This document shows, piece by piece, positions 9,601 through 20,181 of a DNA stretch of 64,000 bases. Source of the DNA: Terriglobia bacterium. Lineage in GTDB: Bacteria > Acidobacteriota > Terriglobia > 20CM-2-55-15. The notes under the pieces were generated by a model. It worked only from the letters and a program-made list of their open reading frames with translations, did no database searches and had not been told where the DNA came from. Numbering within the stretch: position 1 is the first letter of the stretch; each line of letters opens with the position of its first letter. The translations under genes and the position numbers were made by a program. Location: contig CBDAOY010000009.1 in NCBI GenBank assembly GCA_965198225.1, positions 384,001 through 448,000 on the forward strand, in the 5' to 3' direction.

Positions 9601-10710
9601 ATGCATACGCTGGCACACATGGCGGTGCTGTTGGTTTCGGTGGCACTGGTCCAGGCGCCCGAACCGAACCGAATTCGCGAACCTGAGTATCGACTGGCCC
9701 TTCCCGGCTACGAATACGCGTTCCCGCGCGACCACGGATCGCATCCCGACTACAAACTGGAGTGGTGGTACTACACCGGACACCTCGACGGCGACGACGG
9801 CCGACGCTTCGGATACGAGCTGACCTTTTTCCGCATAGGGATGGACCGGCGCGCTGAAAGCGCATCCCGCTGGAACATCGACGACCTGCACGTGGCCCAC
9901 TTTGCATTGAGCGAGATCGACGTCGACCGCTTCCGTTTCTATGAACGATTGAACCGCGCGGGCCCCGGTATTGCCTGGGCCCGGGAAGGAACGCTCGACG
10001 TGGTGAATGCCGGCTGGTCGGTCCGACTCGACGGCGATCGAATGAGACTCCGCGCCTACGCCGACGGCATTCTCCTGGAGCTGGAACTCACGTCTGCCAA
10101 AGATCCGGTCGTCCACGGCATCGAGGGGGTCAGCCAGAAGGCCGACGGCGTCGGGCAGGCGTCGCACTACTACTCGATGACGCGGATGGACACCCGGGGC
10201 CTGCTGTCCTTCGACGGGCAACCGGTCAACGTGGCCGGAGAGAGCTGGATGGACCACGAGTTCGGGACCAACCAGCTCGCGCCCGAACAAATTGGATGGG
10301 ACTGGTTCAGTGTCCAGCTCGACAACGGCGAAGAGCTGATGCTCTACCGGCTACGGCACCGGGATGGTTCGATCAATCGGAACTCGAGCGGAACCGTCGT
10401 TGCGGCCGGCGGCGAGACCCAACATATTGCGCTGGACCAGTTCACCGTGACGGCACTGGGTGAATGGGCGAGTCCGAAGAGCGAAGCGGTTTATGCAATC
10501 GACTGGCGATTGGAGATCCCGGGCTTCGACGCCGACCTTCGCGTCATTCCGTTGATGAGAGATCAGGAGCTGGTCACGACGCGGTCGACCGGCATCGCCT
10601 ACTGGGAGGGCGCCGTCCGTATCGAAGGGACGTGGAAGGGACAGCCGATTACCGGTCGAGGGTACGTCGAGTTGACAGGGTATTCGGAACGGTACCGGCC
10701 CAGCGTCTGA
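9601..10710 (+). CDS. Secreted lipocalin-like (AttH/CrtC-like) protein
   Basis: Signal peptide, FPRDHGSHPDYKLEWWYYTG, WMDHEF, GWDWFS, YWEGAV, GYVELTGY. This family is typically found after this ABC pair. Confidence 0.85.
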   Translation: MHTLAHMAVLLVSVALVQAPEPNRIREPEYRLALPGYEYAFPRDHGSHPDYKLEWWYYTGHLDGDDGRRFGYELTFFRIGMDRRAESASRWNIDDLHVAHFALSEIDVDRFRFYERLNRAGPGIAWAREGTLDVVNAGWSVRLDGDRMRLRAYADGILLELELTSAKDPVVHGIEGVSQKADGVGQASHYYSMTRMDTRGLLSFDGQPVNVAGESWMDHEFGTNQLAPEQIGWDWFSVQLDNGEELMLYRLRHRDGSINRNSSGTVVAAGGETQHIALDQFTVTALGEWASPKSEAVYAIDWRLEIPGFDADLRVIPLMRDQELVTTRSTGIAYWEGAVRIEGTWKGQPITGRGYVELTGYSERYRPSV

Positions 10711-10755
10711 GGGCCGTTCAACTGACCGGTCGGTACGGTCTCGGACCGTCCAGGA

Positions 10756-11169
10756 ATGGAATCGCACTCGACCCACGATCGATCAATCACCGTCGTGGCA
10801 GCTGTCATCCACCACGACGGCAAGGTCCTGCTGACCCGCCGATTCCAAGACGCACACCTGGGCGGCCTGTGGGAGTTTCCAGGGGGGAAAGTCGAAAAAG
10901 GGGAATCGATGGAGGCGGCGTTGAGCCGTGAGATCCACGAGGAATTGGGCGTGCGGATCAGCGTTGGCTCGTTGATTCTCGACGAGCGGTTCGACTACGG
11001 GGACCGCGCCGTTCACCTGCACTTTTTCGATTGCGGGATCGTCACGGGAGACCCGCACTCGCTCGGCGTGTCGGATCTGGCGTGGGTTTTCCCCTCGGCT
11101 CTGGGCCAGTACGACATGCCGAAAGCCAACGCCCGGTTGATCGCCCGGCTTCAGGAGGGTTCTTCCTGA
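10756..11169 (+). CDS. NUDIX hydrolase, MutT-like
   Basis: WEFPGGKVEKGESMEAALSREIHEELG Nudix box. Confidence 0.85.
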   Translation: MESHSTHDRSITVVAAVIHHDGKVLLTRRFQDAHLGGLWEFPGGKVEKGESMEAALSREIHEELGVRISVGSLILDERFDYGDRAVHLHFFDCGIVTGDPHSLGVSDLAWVFPSALGQYDMPKANARLIARLQEGSS

Positions 11170-11207
11170 ATCGGGGCACTGGTTGGCGCTGCGGCTGCGT
11201 CACCGTC

Positions 11208-11651
11208 TCACTCCCCGGCGGGGTTGATTCTCACTTCGGGGTTCCACTCCGAAACTTCACCATCGGCATAGATCTGGCGCACCTTCCAGACCAATGTCGT
11301 TGCTTCCGGCGGATTGCGTGCGAGAAAGCTGAACTTGGCGAACTCGTGCTCCCCGATCGAACCGCCGCTCCACACGGCGCCGGTGATAGATCCGCCCACA
11401 TCCGTCCTGTGTTCGATCGACCAGCCGACTTTGGCCTCGAAATAGGGCACCTCGGTATCTGGAGGGAAGTCGACTTCTATCCGTACCGTCGATCCCGCGC
11501 GCTCATGCGGAACACGCATCGTGTATTTCAGGGTTCCACTTGCCTCGGCCACGTTCGGCCAGATCGTGACATGGCCAAAGGCCGACTGAGCGGTGAACAA
11601 CGCAGCAACCGCCAGAACGGCAAACATCGGGACAAATTTTTCTTCCTTCAT
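11208..11651 (-). CDS. YcnI/DUF1775-family exported protein (putative Cu-binding)
   Basis: Signal peptide ending SAFG|HVT, then RVPHER and QIYADGEVSEW. Confidence 0.75.
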   Translation of the reverse strand: MKEEKFVPMFAVLAVAALFTAQSAFGHVTIWPNVAEASGTLKYTMRVPHERAGSTVRIEVDFPPDTEVPYFEAKVGWSIEHRTDVGGSITGAVWSGGSIGEHEFAKFSFLARNPPEATTLVWKVRQIYADGEVSEWNPEVRINPAGE

Positions 11652-11839
11652 GGCGTTTTCTCCAATAACGTGGCGAGCTCAAACCAACGGGTACGCTCGC
11701 CGGAGTCGCTCATACGTACTCGTTGCGGGCGACTCCTTCAGTTGAAACGTGCTTGATACGCGAAGATGGCCCGACTAGTCTAGCTGCAGACGCCTCCAAT
11801 GCGAAGGCGTGCCGCTCCCCGCCCTAACTTGTGGAGTCG

Positions 11840-13730
11840 ATGCGTCAACTTATCCAGTTTCTTGTCATCGCCGGTCTGGTCGTCGGGTTCGGGCTGCCAA
11901 CCCCGTCATTCGCACAGGCAGACCACGTCGGCGGAGCCGCCCGGACGTCGGAGTCGGTTGTTGTGGACGGCCTCCTCGATCCCGAAGAGTGGGCGGGCGC
12001 GGGGCGGGTCGATTCCTTCATGCAGTTCGAACCTCAACGTGGAGATCCCGCCTTCGAGCCGACCGAAGCCTACGTCCTTTACGACGACGTTTACGTTTAC
12101 TTTGCGTTCCGGTGCTTTGATTCTCAACCCGAGAGCATCACTGCACAGCTCACGCAGAGGGACGCCGATCTGTTGACCGACGATGCGATCATCGTCGTGA
12201 TCGACACGTTTCACGACCGGCGTTCCGCCTACTTCTTCGCAACCAACCTTCTCGGAACTCAGTTCGACGGGCGCATCACCGACAACGGCCGCGTCGTCGA
12301 GAACACCTGGGATGCAGCCTGGACTTCGGCCGCCTCCCGATTCGACGAGGGCTGGACGGCGGAAGTCGCGATCCCGCTCTCCACCCTTCGTTTCCGTGCG
12401 GGCGCGGACACGACCTGGGGACTCAATTTCGGCCGAACGTCCCGTCGGTTGCTGGAGACGAGCTTCTGGGCGGGTCCGCTCGAAGACCGCTACCGTATCT
12501 CGCAGTACGGCACACTCGAAGGGCTGGACCTGGAGGGGGCTCAACGCAAGTTCGAGGTCATTCCCTACGTGCTGGGCAACTTCCAGGAAGGCGGAGAGTC
12601 CGATGTGGCGGCCGGCATGGACCTCCGCTACTCGGTGACGCCCGAAAACGTCGTGACGATGACTTTGAACCCCGACTTCGCAACCATCGAAGCCGACCAG
12701 GAACAAGTCAACCTCACCCGGTTCGAGCTCGATCTGCCGGAGAAACGACAGTTCTTCCTGGAAGGATCGGAGCAGTACCGCCAACGGATCCAGACTTTTT
12801 ACTCGCGCCGGATCGCCGACATCCGGGTCGGCGCCAAGATGCTGGGTCGGGGCGGCAGTTGGCAGTATTCAATGCTCACGGCGCAAACCGACCCTGTCGA
12901 AGTCGAATCCCGTAGTTCGGTGCGCGAGTCCGCCAACTATTCGGTCTTCCGCCTGCAGCCCGACGTGCTCGGGTCGTCGACGCTGGCGCTGATGGCATCC
13001 AACCGGTCGCTCGCCGGGGTCAACGGCGGCTCGGTCGGACTGGACACGACACTCTTCTTCACCGATACCATCGGGTTTACCGGACAGTTGATCCGCTCGC
13101 ACGGGCCGGCTCATGGCGGGAAGTGGGCCTGGTTCGTGCGGCCCGCGCGGGACACTGCGACCAGTCACGTGCACTTTCGCTACACCCACCTGGGCGACGC
13201 CTTCGGCGACGACGTCAACGCAATCGGGTTCATCCGGGACGATGATCGCCGAGAGATGGACAGCGCCTTCACCCGGCGGTTCTTTCCCCGATCCGGACCC
13301 GTCGAGCGCATCGAATACGATTCCAACTACAATATCTACTGGAGTCAGAAGGATCTCCTCCGGAGCTGGCGAATCGATGAATCGCTCGATGTGGACCTGC
13401 GTAGTCGATGGTCCCTCGGCGTATCCCATTAACGAGCTGTCGCTGGAATACGAGCTGGCGCGTCTCTGGCTGGATCCGGATCCCGAAACCTCCTCCACAG
13501 CCATTCATGTTCTCCGGGTGACCCAGAGTTTCAACCGGGACCTTTTCATGAAGCTGTTCTTTCAGACCAATTCCGTCATCGATCGGAAGAACCTGCAGGC
13601 CGTGTTCGTCTGGCGTTACAAGCCTCCGTTCGGCACCATCCAGTTCGCGTACCAGCGCGGGACGGCGGCGTTCGGCGAACGTTCCGAGCAGGGGAACACG
13701 TTGTTCGTAAAGTTCTCTTACGTGCTGTAG
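11840..13730 (+). pseudogene. CBM9-like/DUF5916 exported protein, broken near 13430
   Basis: VDGLLDPEEW, IDTFHDRR, GWTAEVAIP, LNPDFATIEAD, LPEKRQFF. Stop at 13432; a beta-rich C-terminus ending LFVKFSYVL continues in another frame to 13730. ATG at 11840 follows GGAG. Confidence 0.7.
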
Positions 13731-13875
13731 GAACCACCGGTTCATGAAGTGCCGCGGCGCGTTTTTCCCAGCTCGTGCGATGAAAGGGCGACGGAAACGT
13801 CTGTGACCTGTCAAGCCTCCACAGGTCGGAGGTAGCAGCCGAAAAGAACGGATCGGATACAGCTTGATGCGCGAC

Positions 13876-14098
13876 CAGTAGCCTGTAACAGAGATAGTGG
13901 CAGGAGCGAGGCGCGAGGTGATGCTCTTTCATCCTGAGCGGCGAGCGACAAAGAGATCGCCGCCAACCCCCATCGGCCCGAAGGGTTCGGGCGGAACGGC
14001 TCCGAACGTTATGCTCCCTATCTATGGGACCGGGTACTGAAATCCGGTAACGTTGCGCTCGCAACGCCACTATCACTCTCTCTGTTACAGGCCACTAG
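13876..14098. mobile_element. MITE-like element (about 220 bp), imperfect TIRs
   Basis: Left end CAGTAGCCTGTAACAGAGA versus right end TCTCTGTTACAGGCCACTA(G), 2 mismatches. Same TIR type as the element at 60216. Confidence 0.75.
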
Positions 14099-16190
14099 GG
14101 AACCGGGTGAATCTCGACTGTGAGCAGCTTGTCGGCAAAGAAGTGATCACGGATGGCCCGGTTGATGTCTTCCGGCGTGACACGATCGACGATGTTGCCG
14201 AACTCGTAAATGTAGTCGTGGCCGATCCCGAAGAATTCGGCATCGAGAATTCGGCCGGCAAGCGCAAGGGGAATGGACAGGCTCACGATGAACGCGCCGC
14301 GCACAGTCGAGCGGTGGAAGAGTGCCTCGTCGCGGCTGATGCCTTCGTCGACCATCTCGCGAATGGTCTCACGCGTCGTTTCGATCGCCAGTCTGGTGCG
14401 TTCCGGATCCACGTCGAGGGAGATGCCCAAAGCCCCGCTCCCTTCGTCGCCTCGAAGAAGACCGAGCCGACTTCGTAGACCAACCCCATCCGATCCTTCA
14501 ATTCCAAGCCGAGCCTCGACGAGAGAACGCTTCCGCCCACTGCCACGTTGGCGATCAGCCCGGCGTAGTAGTCGTCGTCGGTCCGGCGCAGCAACCCGGG
14601 ATGTGTCATCAGGACGTGCGCGTCCCGTGCTTGCGGCATTTGGATCACAATCGGGTCCGGACCATCAGGAGCGTCAACGTCGGGGACGTGGACGACGGAG
14701 GGCGGCCGGTCCTGTTTCCAGTCGCCGAACAGGTTGCGGACTTCCTGCATGATCTCTGTCCGATCGAAGTTTCCAACCACCACCAGGATGGCATCTGCCG
14801 AACGGTACGTCCTGCGATGAAAGTCCATCACATCGTCGAGGGTATAGCCCTCGACGGCGGCGCTCTGCTCTTCGATCGGCTCCACGTGGAAAACGTGGCC
14901 GGCTTCGTAGAAGTGTCGGCTGGCTTCGTTGAAAGCCCTGAGCTGGACCCATCCGGCTTTCGCCCTGAGGTCCGCTACCAGCCTGCGTTTGACATCGCCG
15001 AGTATCGATTCGGTGACTGGCGGTCTACGAACCAGCGTCTCGATCAGCTCGAGGATCGGCGTGCGTGCTTCGGGCAGGCCGCGCCCTTCGATGTAGGTGT
15101 TGAACGAAACAGCGGAGAAGTCGAGCCTCGCTCCTTCGGCTTCAAGGCCTGCCTGGCGTGCCAGCTCGGCCATTACGTTGGCCGTCAGTACCGCCAACAA
15201 CGGTTCGTCGGCAGTCTCGAAGTAAGCACCGGCGGCGACATAGCCTTCGACTGTGAGGATGCGGAAATCCGGATGCGAGAAGAGGAGGACGCGCATGCCA
15301 CCCGGAAGGACTTCGCGGGTCACCTGGGTGTAATGCTCCTGTTCGGCTGCTGCGGCAGGTGCATCGTCACGAACCATCCACTCCCTGTACCGGAGGAAAG
15401 CTTCGCGCTCTTCGGCGCCGGGAAGGTCGGCCAGGGCCAGCATCGTCTTCAACGGGCTCTCCCGCTGCAGCTCATATTCCATTCGGTTCATGCCGATTCG
15501 CTCGAATGCCGCATCGTCGGCGACGATGGCCGCGCTCGCCGCAAGCGCGGTTCCATCGAAAGTCCGCTCGATCGTTTGGCGAACGACATCGAATTCGAAG
15601 CTGCCAACCAGGATCATCCTGGCGTTCCCCGGCCTGTAATGCTGTCGGTAGAACGCTCGAACCTCTTCGCCGTTGACGTTCAAGACCTCTTCGACCTGTT
15701 CCGGCCCGGCGGTTAGGTTGCCCTCCTCGACGACGACTCGCTTCTCCAGATCGATATTTTCGGAAGACAGGATCGAATTCACCATCCGCTCCGCCTCGAT
15801 CAACAGCGCCTCATCCAGATACTCCGTCGGAAACGTTTCGTAGAAGAGAACCCGGTCATCGAGGGTCATCGCGTTGAACGACGCGCCCATCCGCTCCAGC
15901 TCGCGGGGCACGTCGTGTTCGGGAGTGCCTCGGAACATGAGATGTTCGGTCAGGTGGGCCAGCCCCGCCTTGCCCGCAGGATCGAGCTCCGCCCCGGCTC
16001 CGTAGATGATCGCCAGAGCGGTGACCGGGAAGATGCGGTACTCGACGAGCGTGACTTCCAGGCCGTTGTCGAGGCGGAAGGTCTCCCAGGACGGCTCTGC
16101 GCCGAGGGGCAAAATCGTCGACGCGAAATAGATCGCCAGGAAAAGGGGAAGTCGGGCAGCTCTTGTGAATCGGTGCAACTCGGGGCGCAT
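14095..16190 (-). pseudogene. Exported M16 (pitrilysin-like) zinc peptidase, frameshifted near 14428
   Basis: Signal peptide, LDNGL, GLAHLTEHLMF (HxxEH), SSRLG..LKDRMGLVY. The reading GAGLW continues as GISLDVDPE in another frame, one G short in TGGGC. Confidence 0.75.
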
Positions 16191-16200
16191 GCCCCCCCGA

Positions 16201-16923
16201 TTATACGGCGGGAAGCTCCAGCGGCGTCGGCATTCGCTCGTCCTTGTCGATCTTTCCGTCCAGGATATGAACGATGCGGTGGGCGCAGTCGGCGACGATT
16301 CTCTCGTGTGTTACGAGGATGATCGTGTTGCCCTCGGCGTGGAGCCGGTCGAAGAGCCGCATGATTTCGGCGCCCGTTTGTGAGTCAAGATTGCCGGTCG
16401 GCTCATCGGCCAGGATGATCGAGGGCGCGTTCACCAACGCCCGGGCGATCGCAACCCGCTGGCGTTGACCGCCAGACAGTTCGTTGGGCCGATGGTCTTC
16501 GCGGTCGGTGAGCTCGACCATTTCCAGCGCCGCATGGGCGCGCTTTTTCCGGTCGCGTGCCGGCATGCCGCTGTAGATCAGCGGCAGCTCGACATTGTGC
16601 AACGCTGTCGCTCTGGGCAACAGGTTGAACGTCTGGAAGACAAAACCGATTTCCTTGTTCCGGATATAAGCCAGCTCGTCGTCGTCCATGTCGCTGACGA
16701 GCCGCTTGTTCAGCCAGTACCGACCACGCGTCGGGGAGTCGAGGCATCCGACCAGGTTCATCAGGGTGGATTTACCGGAACCCGACGGGCCCATGATGGC
16801 CATGTACTCGTTCCGCTCGACGTTGAAACTGACGCCCTGGAGCGCGTGGATCCGGTTGTCGGTACCCATTTCATACGTCTTCCACAGATCCTCGGATCGG
16901 ATGATGTATTCGACGTCGCTCAT
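16201..16923 (-). CDS. ABC transporter ATP-binding protein (MacB/LolD type)
   Basis: [30 protein letters not shown]. Confidence 0.92.
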   Translation of the reverse strand: MSDVEYIIRSEDLWKTYEMGTDNRIHALQGVSFNVERNEYMAIMGPSGSGKSTLMNLVGCLDSPTRGRYWLNKRLVSDMDDDELAYIRNKEIGFVFQTFNLLPRATALHNVELPLIYSGMPARDRKKRAHAALEMVELTDREDHRPNELSGGQRQRVAIARALVNAPSIILADEPTGNLDSQTGAEIMRLFDRLHAEGNTIILVTHERIVADCAHRIVHILDGKIDKDERMPTPLELPAV

Positions 16924-18317
16924 GGAGTCGGACCGTTTTCTAACTTGATGCGCGCCTCATCCTCCAACGTTCGAAGAACACGATAGCTTCCGGTGACGAT
17001 CTCTTCGGACCCGTCCAGGCCATCGAGGATTTCGATATCGGTCGTTCCGACGATTCCCGTTCGCACGGCCTGGAACGTCGCCACGCCGTTCTTCACGATA
17101 AACACCCCTTCCTGTTCGAACTTGGGCTCTTCATCCCGGCGGGTATCGACGCGGACAGGATTCTTGACGAAATCGGGCACCTCGGCCTCGCCGATCTCGC
17201 GTACCGTCAACGCCTGGATCGGAACAGTGAGCGTTTCGTTGCGCGCAGCGGTTTCGATTGTCGCGGTGCAGGACAGTCCCGGGCGCAACTCCGCGGGCGG
17301 GTTGTCGAGAGTGATCACGACTTTGAAGTCCCGCGCCTCATCGGTGTTGGTGGTGTTGGACGAGATGCTGCCACCGCTGCTGGTCAGCGCGGTATTCCCG
17401 ATTTCCGACACGTACCCGGGGAGCGTTCTGTCGGCCAGGGCGTCGACGCGAACCGCGGTCCGTTGTCCGAGCTTCAGGTTGATGATGTCGGTTTCATCGA
17501 CCCGAACCTCCGCCGTGATCACCGACATGTCGGCGATCGTCATCAATGTCGTACCCGGCTGGTTTTGGACGCCGACGATCGCATTCTCGCCTTCGTTGAC
17601 CGGAAGGTAGGTGATCACGCCGGACAGGGGGGCCCGTATCGTGGTCTTGTCGAGTTGGTCGCGAGCCCGAATCAATGAAGCTCGCTGCTGGCCCATACGA
17701 AACGACAGCCCTTCCTTCTGCTTCAAGACCTGAGCCAGTTGCGCTTCGGACTGGACGATCCTGGCTTTCGCCGCATCGACCTGGGCTACCGCCACATGGT
17801 AGGTCGCCTCCTGTCGGTCGAACTGCTCGCGGGAAATCAAGCCGTTCTCGAAGAGCTCCTCCCCCCTCTTGAACTCCTGGTTCGACCGCCGGAAGTCTGC
17901 CTCGATTCGGTTCAACTCCGCCTTCGAGCTGTCCAAAGACGCTTCGGCCGAACGGATCGACGCGTCCATTCCCTCCAGCTCCGATCCTGCCGCGTCGAGG
18001 CTGGCCTGCGCGCTCTGGACATCCGCTTCGGTCTGAATCGACTCGATCTGGAGCAACAACTGGTTCTCCACGACCGACTGGCCTTCAGCAACGGGTAGGG
18101 CGACGATTCGCCCGAAGGTGTTCGAGCCGATGTTGACGTACCGCTTCGGCTTGATCTCGCCGTTCGCCGTCACCGACTGGACGAGTTCCTGTCGGAGCAC
18201 TTGCCCGGTCTCCACGGCAACGATCCCGCGATTGCGGACCGTGACGGCATAACCGACGGTCGCGGCGATCGCGCTGACCATCACCAGGGCGAGGATGAGT
18301 TTCTTGCCAGTCGTCAT
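16920..18317 (-). CDS. Efflux periplasmic adaptor subunit (MacA/HlyD family)
   Basis: N-terminal TM anchor, lipoyl-like halves flanking a long coiled coil, [21 protein letters not shown]. Confidence 0.88.
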   Translation of the reverse strand: MTTGKKLILALVMVSAIAATVGYAVTVRNRGIVAVETGQVLRQELVQSVTANGEIKPKRYVNIGSNTFGRIVALPVAEGQSVVENQLLLQIESIQTEADVQSAQASLDAAGSELEGMDASIRSAEASLDSSKAELNRIEADFRRSNQEFKRGEELFENGLISREQFDRQEATYHVAVAQVDAAKARIVQSEAQLAQVLKQKEGLSFRMGQQRASLIRARDQLDKTTIRAPLSGVITYLPVNEGENAIVGVQNQPGTTLMTIADMSVITAEVRVDETDIINLKLGQRTAVRVDALADRTLPGYVSEIGNTALTSSGGSISSNTTNTDEARDFKVVITLDNPPAELRPGLSCTATIETAARNETLTVPIQALTVREIGEAEVPDFVKNPVRVDTRRDEEPKFEQEGVFIVKNGVATFQAVRTGIVGTTDIEILDGLDGSEEIVTGSYRVLRTLEDEARIKLENGPTP

Positions 18318-18736
18318 GCTTTATTTACGAACTGAGCCGGCGAAATGTTACCGGCAAAGACAAACACCCAATTTTAACAGGAGGGAGGGTTCCTTAGTAA
18401 GCACGGCCTCGTTTTGGTAGTGTCTACCGCGTTTCCGAAAAGGCACAGATCCCCCGGGCGTGTGAGCCTCCACTATTCAAGACGCGCGAACGCGGCAGGT
18501 CGTTACACTCCCGCGTTAGTTTTCTAAGAAGTTGGAAGGATCGTCCAAACAGGCAACAACATCCCCATTTCGCTTTTTCGAAGCGAACGACGTGCGTTTT
18601 TTTGTGGAGAAAATTTTGCGCCCTGTCTTGAGCGTTGTCGACATCGGCGCCTGAAACGCCCTGTTGGTACGGGTTATAGCCTTCCGCGTTTGAGTGCACG
18701 GATGTCGCGGTTGAAATGAAAAATAACGCGCGATTT

Positions 18737-18765
18737 TTGCTTTGAATTTTTTGATCACTTATCTT
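18737..18765 (+). promoter_or_regulatory. sigma70-type promoter of candidate sRNA
   Basis: TTGCTT (18737-18742) - 17 bp - TATCTT (18760-18765), with AT-rich UP-like sequence upstream. Confidence 0.6.
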
Positions 18766-18771
18766 ACAAAT

Positions 18772-18871
18772 AAGCACAACAAAGCTTCACCCACGTTAGG
18801 TGAGCAAGTGTTGTAAAGAGAACGAGGATTTCAAATCCTCTTTTAGCCCCGCTTCACGGCGGGGCTTTTTT
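18772..18871 (+). ncRNA. Candidate stand-alone small RNA (about 100 nt, three hairpins)
   Basis: Lies between the promoter and an intrinsic terminator with no credible ORF. Stems ACAACA/TGTTGT plus GCTTCACC/GGTGAGC, and GAGGATT/AATCCTC. Confidence 0.55.
18845..18871 (+). terminator. Rho-independent terminator (possibly bidirectional)
   Basis: AGCCCCGC-ttcacg-GCGGGGCT followed by a T run. Confidence 0.85.
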
Positions 18872-18897
18872 GATGTTCGAAAAAAAAGATTCCCGTC

Positions 18898-20145
18898 TCA
18901 GTGGATCGTTTCGATCTTCTTCTTCAAATAATCCATCAGCAGGTACTGGCCAAGAGTGTCGGTCGAGGTGAAGTACGCCTTGCCCCTGGAGATCTCCGTG
19001 ACCTTTTTCACGAAGTCGACCAGGTAGTGATCAGTGGCAAGCATGAAGGTGTTGATCAGTATTCCCGACTTCCGGCAGATCGCGACTTCCTTGAAAGTCT
19101 CTTCCAGGATGACCGGATCGAGGCCAAAAGCGTTCTTGTAGATCCGGCCGTTCGGCAGTGTCATCGCGGAGGGTTTGCCGTCGGTGATCATGATGATCTG
19201 GCGCATGTCCTTTTTTTCGGCCATCAGGAGCCGCCGGGCGAGGCGAAGTCCCTCTCGGGTGTTGGTGTGGTAGGGACCGACGACGACCCTCGCGAGTTGC
19301 TTGAACGGAATCTCTTCAGCCGAGTCGTGGAAGAGGACCATGCGCAGTGAATCGCCCGGGTACTGCGTTCGTATCAGGTGGGCGAGCGCGAGCGCCACGC
19401 GCTTGGCGGGAGTAAAACGATCCTCAGCGTAGAGGATCATGCTGTGCGACGTGTCCAGCATGACGACGGTCGCGCAGGAGCTTTCGTAGTCGGCCTGACG
19501 TACCATCAGGTCGTCGGGTTCGAGATTGATCGGCACGCCCAGGCCTTCGCGCGACACGGCTCGCATCAGGGTCTCGTTGATGTCGAGGTTCAACGTGTCC
19601 CCGAACTCGTAGTGCTTCGACGAATGGAACGCTTCGACTCCGGTCGACAGGTCGGAAGTCTCGTGTCGGCCGAAACTGCTCTTTCCCAATGTACCCATCA
19701 GGTGGCGCAGCGCGCGGAACCCGAGGAAGTCGACGGATTTATCGGTGATCTCAAACTGCGCGCTACCCGTCTGCTCGCCTTCGATGCCGGACGCTTCCCC
19801 CTCGGGTGAGGACATGCCTTCCGGCATCTGTGTGGACTGAAGCCAGCCCTCATCGATCATCCGCCGGATCAGTTGGTCGAGCATCTGATCCATCTCGCGC
19901 GCTTCGCCCTGGGTTGGATCATCGAGCCACTGTTCCAGCAACTCCCGCGGGATCCGCTCCATTTCGGCGAGCCGCTCCATGATTGCGCGGCGAAGCGCGT
20001 CCATGTCGCGCGGATTGGTTACATCATGGAAGCCGTACTGAAACCCGCTCTGCAGCAGGAAGTCCGACAGCGAGTCGAGCAGGTCCTCGATGCTGAGTCC
20101 GTCCAGCGGTGACGGAACGTATTTGGTGTATGTAATCTTCGCCAT
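18898..20145 (-). CDS. VWA domain-containing protein
   Basis: MIDAS DTSHS, HTNT, ITDGKPS. Located downstream of a chelatase-like AAA ATPase. Confidence 0.85.
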   Translation of the reverse strand: MAKITYTKYVPSPLDGLSIEDLLDSLSDFLLQSGFQYGFHDVTNPRDMDALRRAIMERLAEMERIPRELLEQWLDDPTQGEAREMDQMLDQLIRRMIDEGWLQSTQMPEGMSSPEGEASGIEGEQTGSAQFEITDKSVDFLGFRALRHLMGTLGKSSFGRHETSDLSTGVEAFHSSKHYEFGDTLNLDINETLMRAVSREGLGVPINLEPDDLMVRQADYESSCATVVMLDTSHSMILYAEDRFTPAKRVALALAHLIRTQYPGDSLRMVLFHDSAEEIPFKQLARVVVGPYHTNTREGLRLARRLLMAEKKDMRQIIMITDGKPSAMTLPNGRIYKNAFGLDPVILEETFKEVAICRKSGILINTFMLATDHYLVDFVKKVTEISRGKAYFTSTDTLGQYLLMDYLKKKIETIH

Positions 20146-20150
20146 TGGAA

Positions 20151-20181
20151 TGTGCGGTCACAGACCGCACCTACAGTTCAA
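20151..20181 (-). repeat. GTAG-type REP-like palindrome, copy 1
   Basis: Minus strand TGTAG-GTGCGGTC-tgt-GACCGCAC. 30/31 identical to 31030-31060. Confidence 0.75.

Noticed and set aside
6330-10710. ABC ATPase + double-FtsX permease + lipocalin-like trio as a new system
   Set aside because: This is a widespread, previously noted gene trio (AttE/F/G/H-like). Its substrate is unknown but the arrangement is not new.
14878-14893. parS-like GGCTCCACGTGGAAAA (and CGTTTCACGGGGAACC near 26771)
   Set aside because: Each has three mismatches and lies inside coding sequence, so it is likely chance.
18726-18740. sigma54-like ACGCGCG-N4-TTGC upstream of the sRNA candidate
   Set aside because: It lacks the invariant -24 GG. 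The sigma70 reading fits better.
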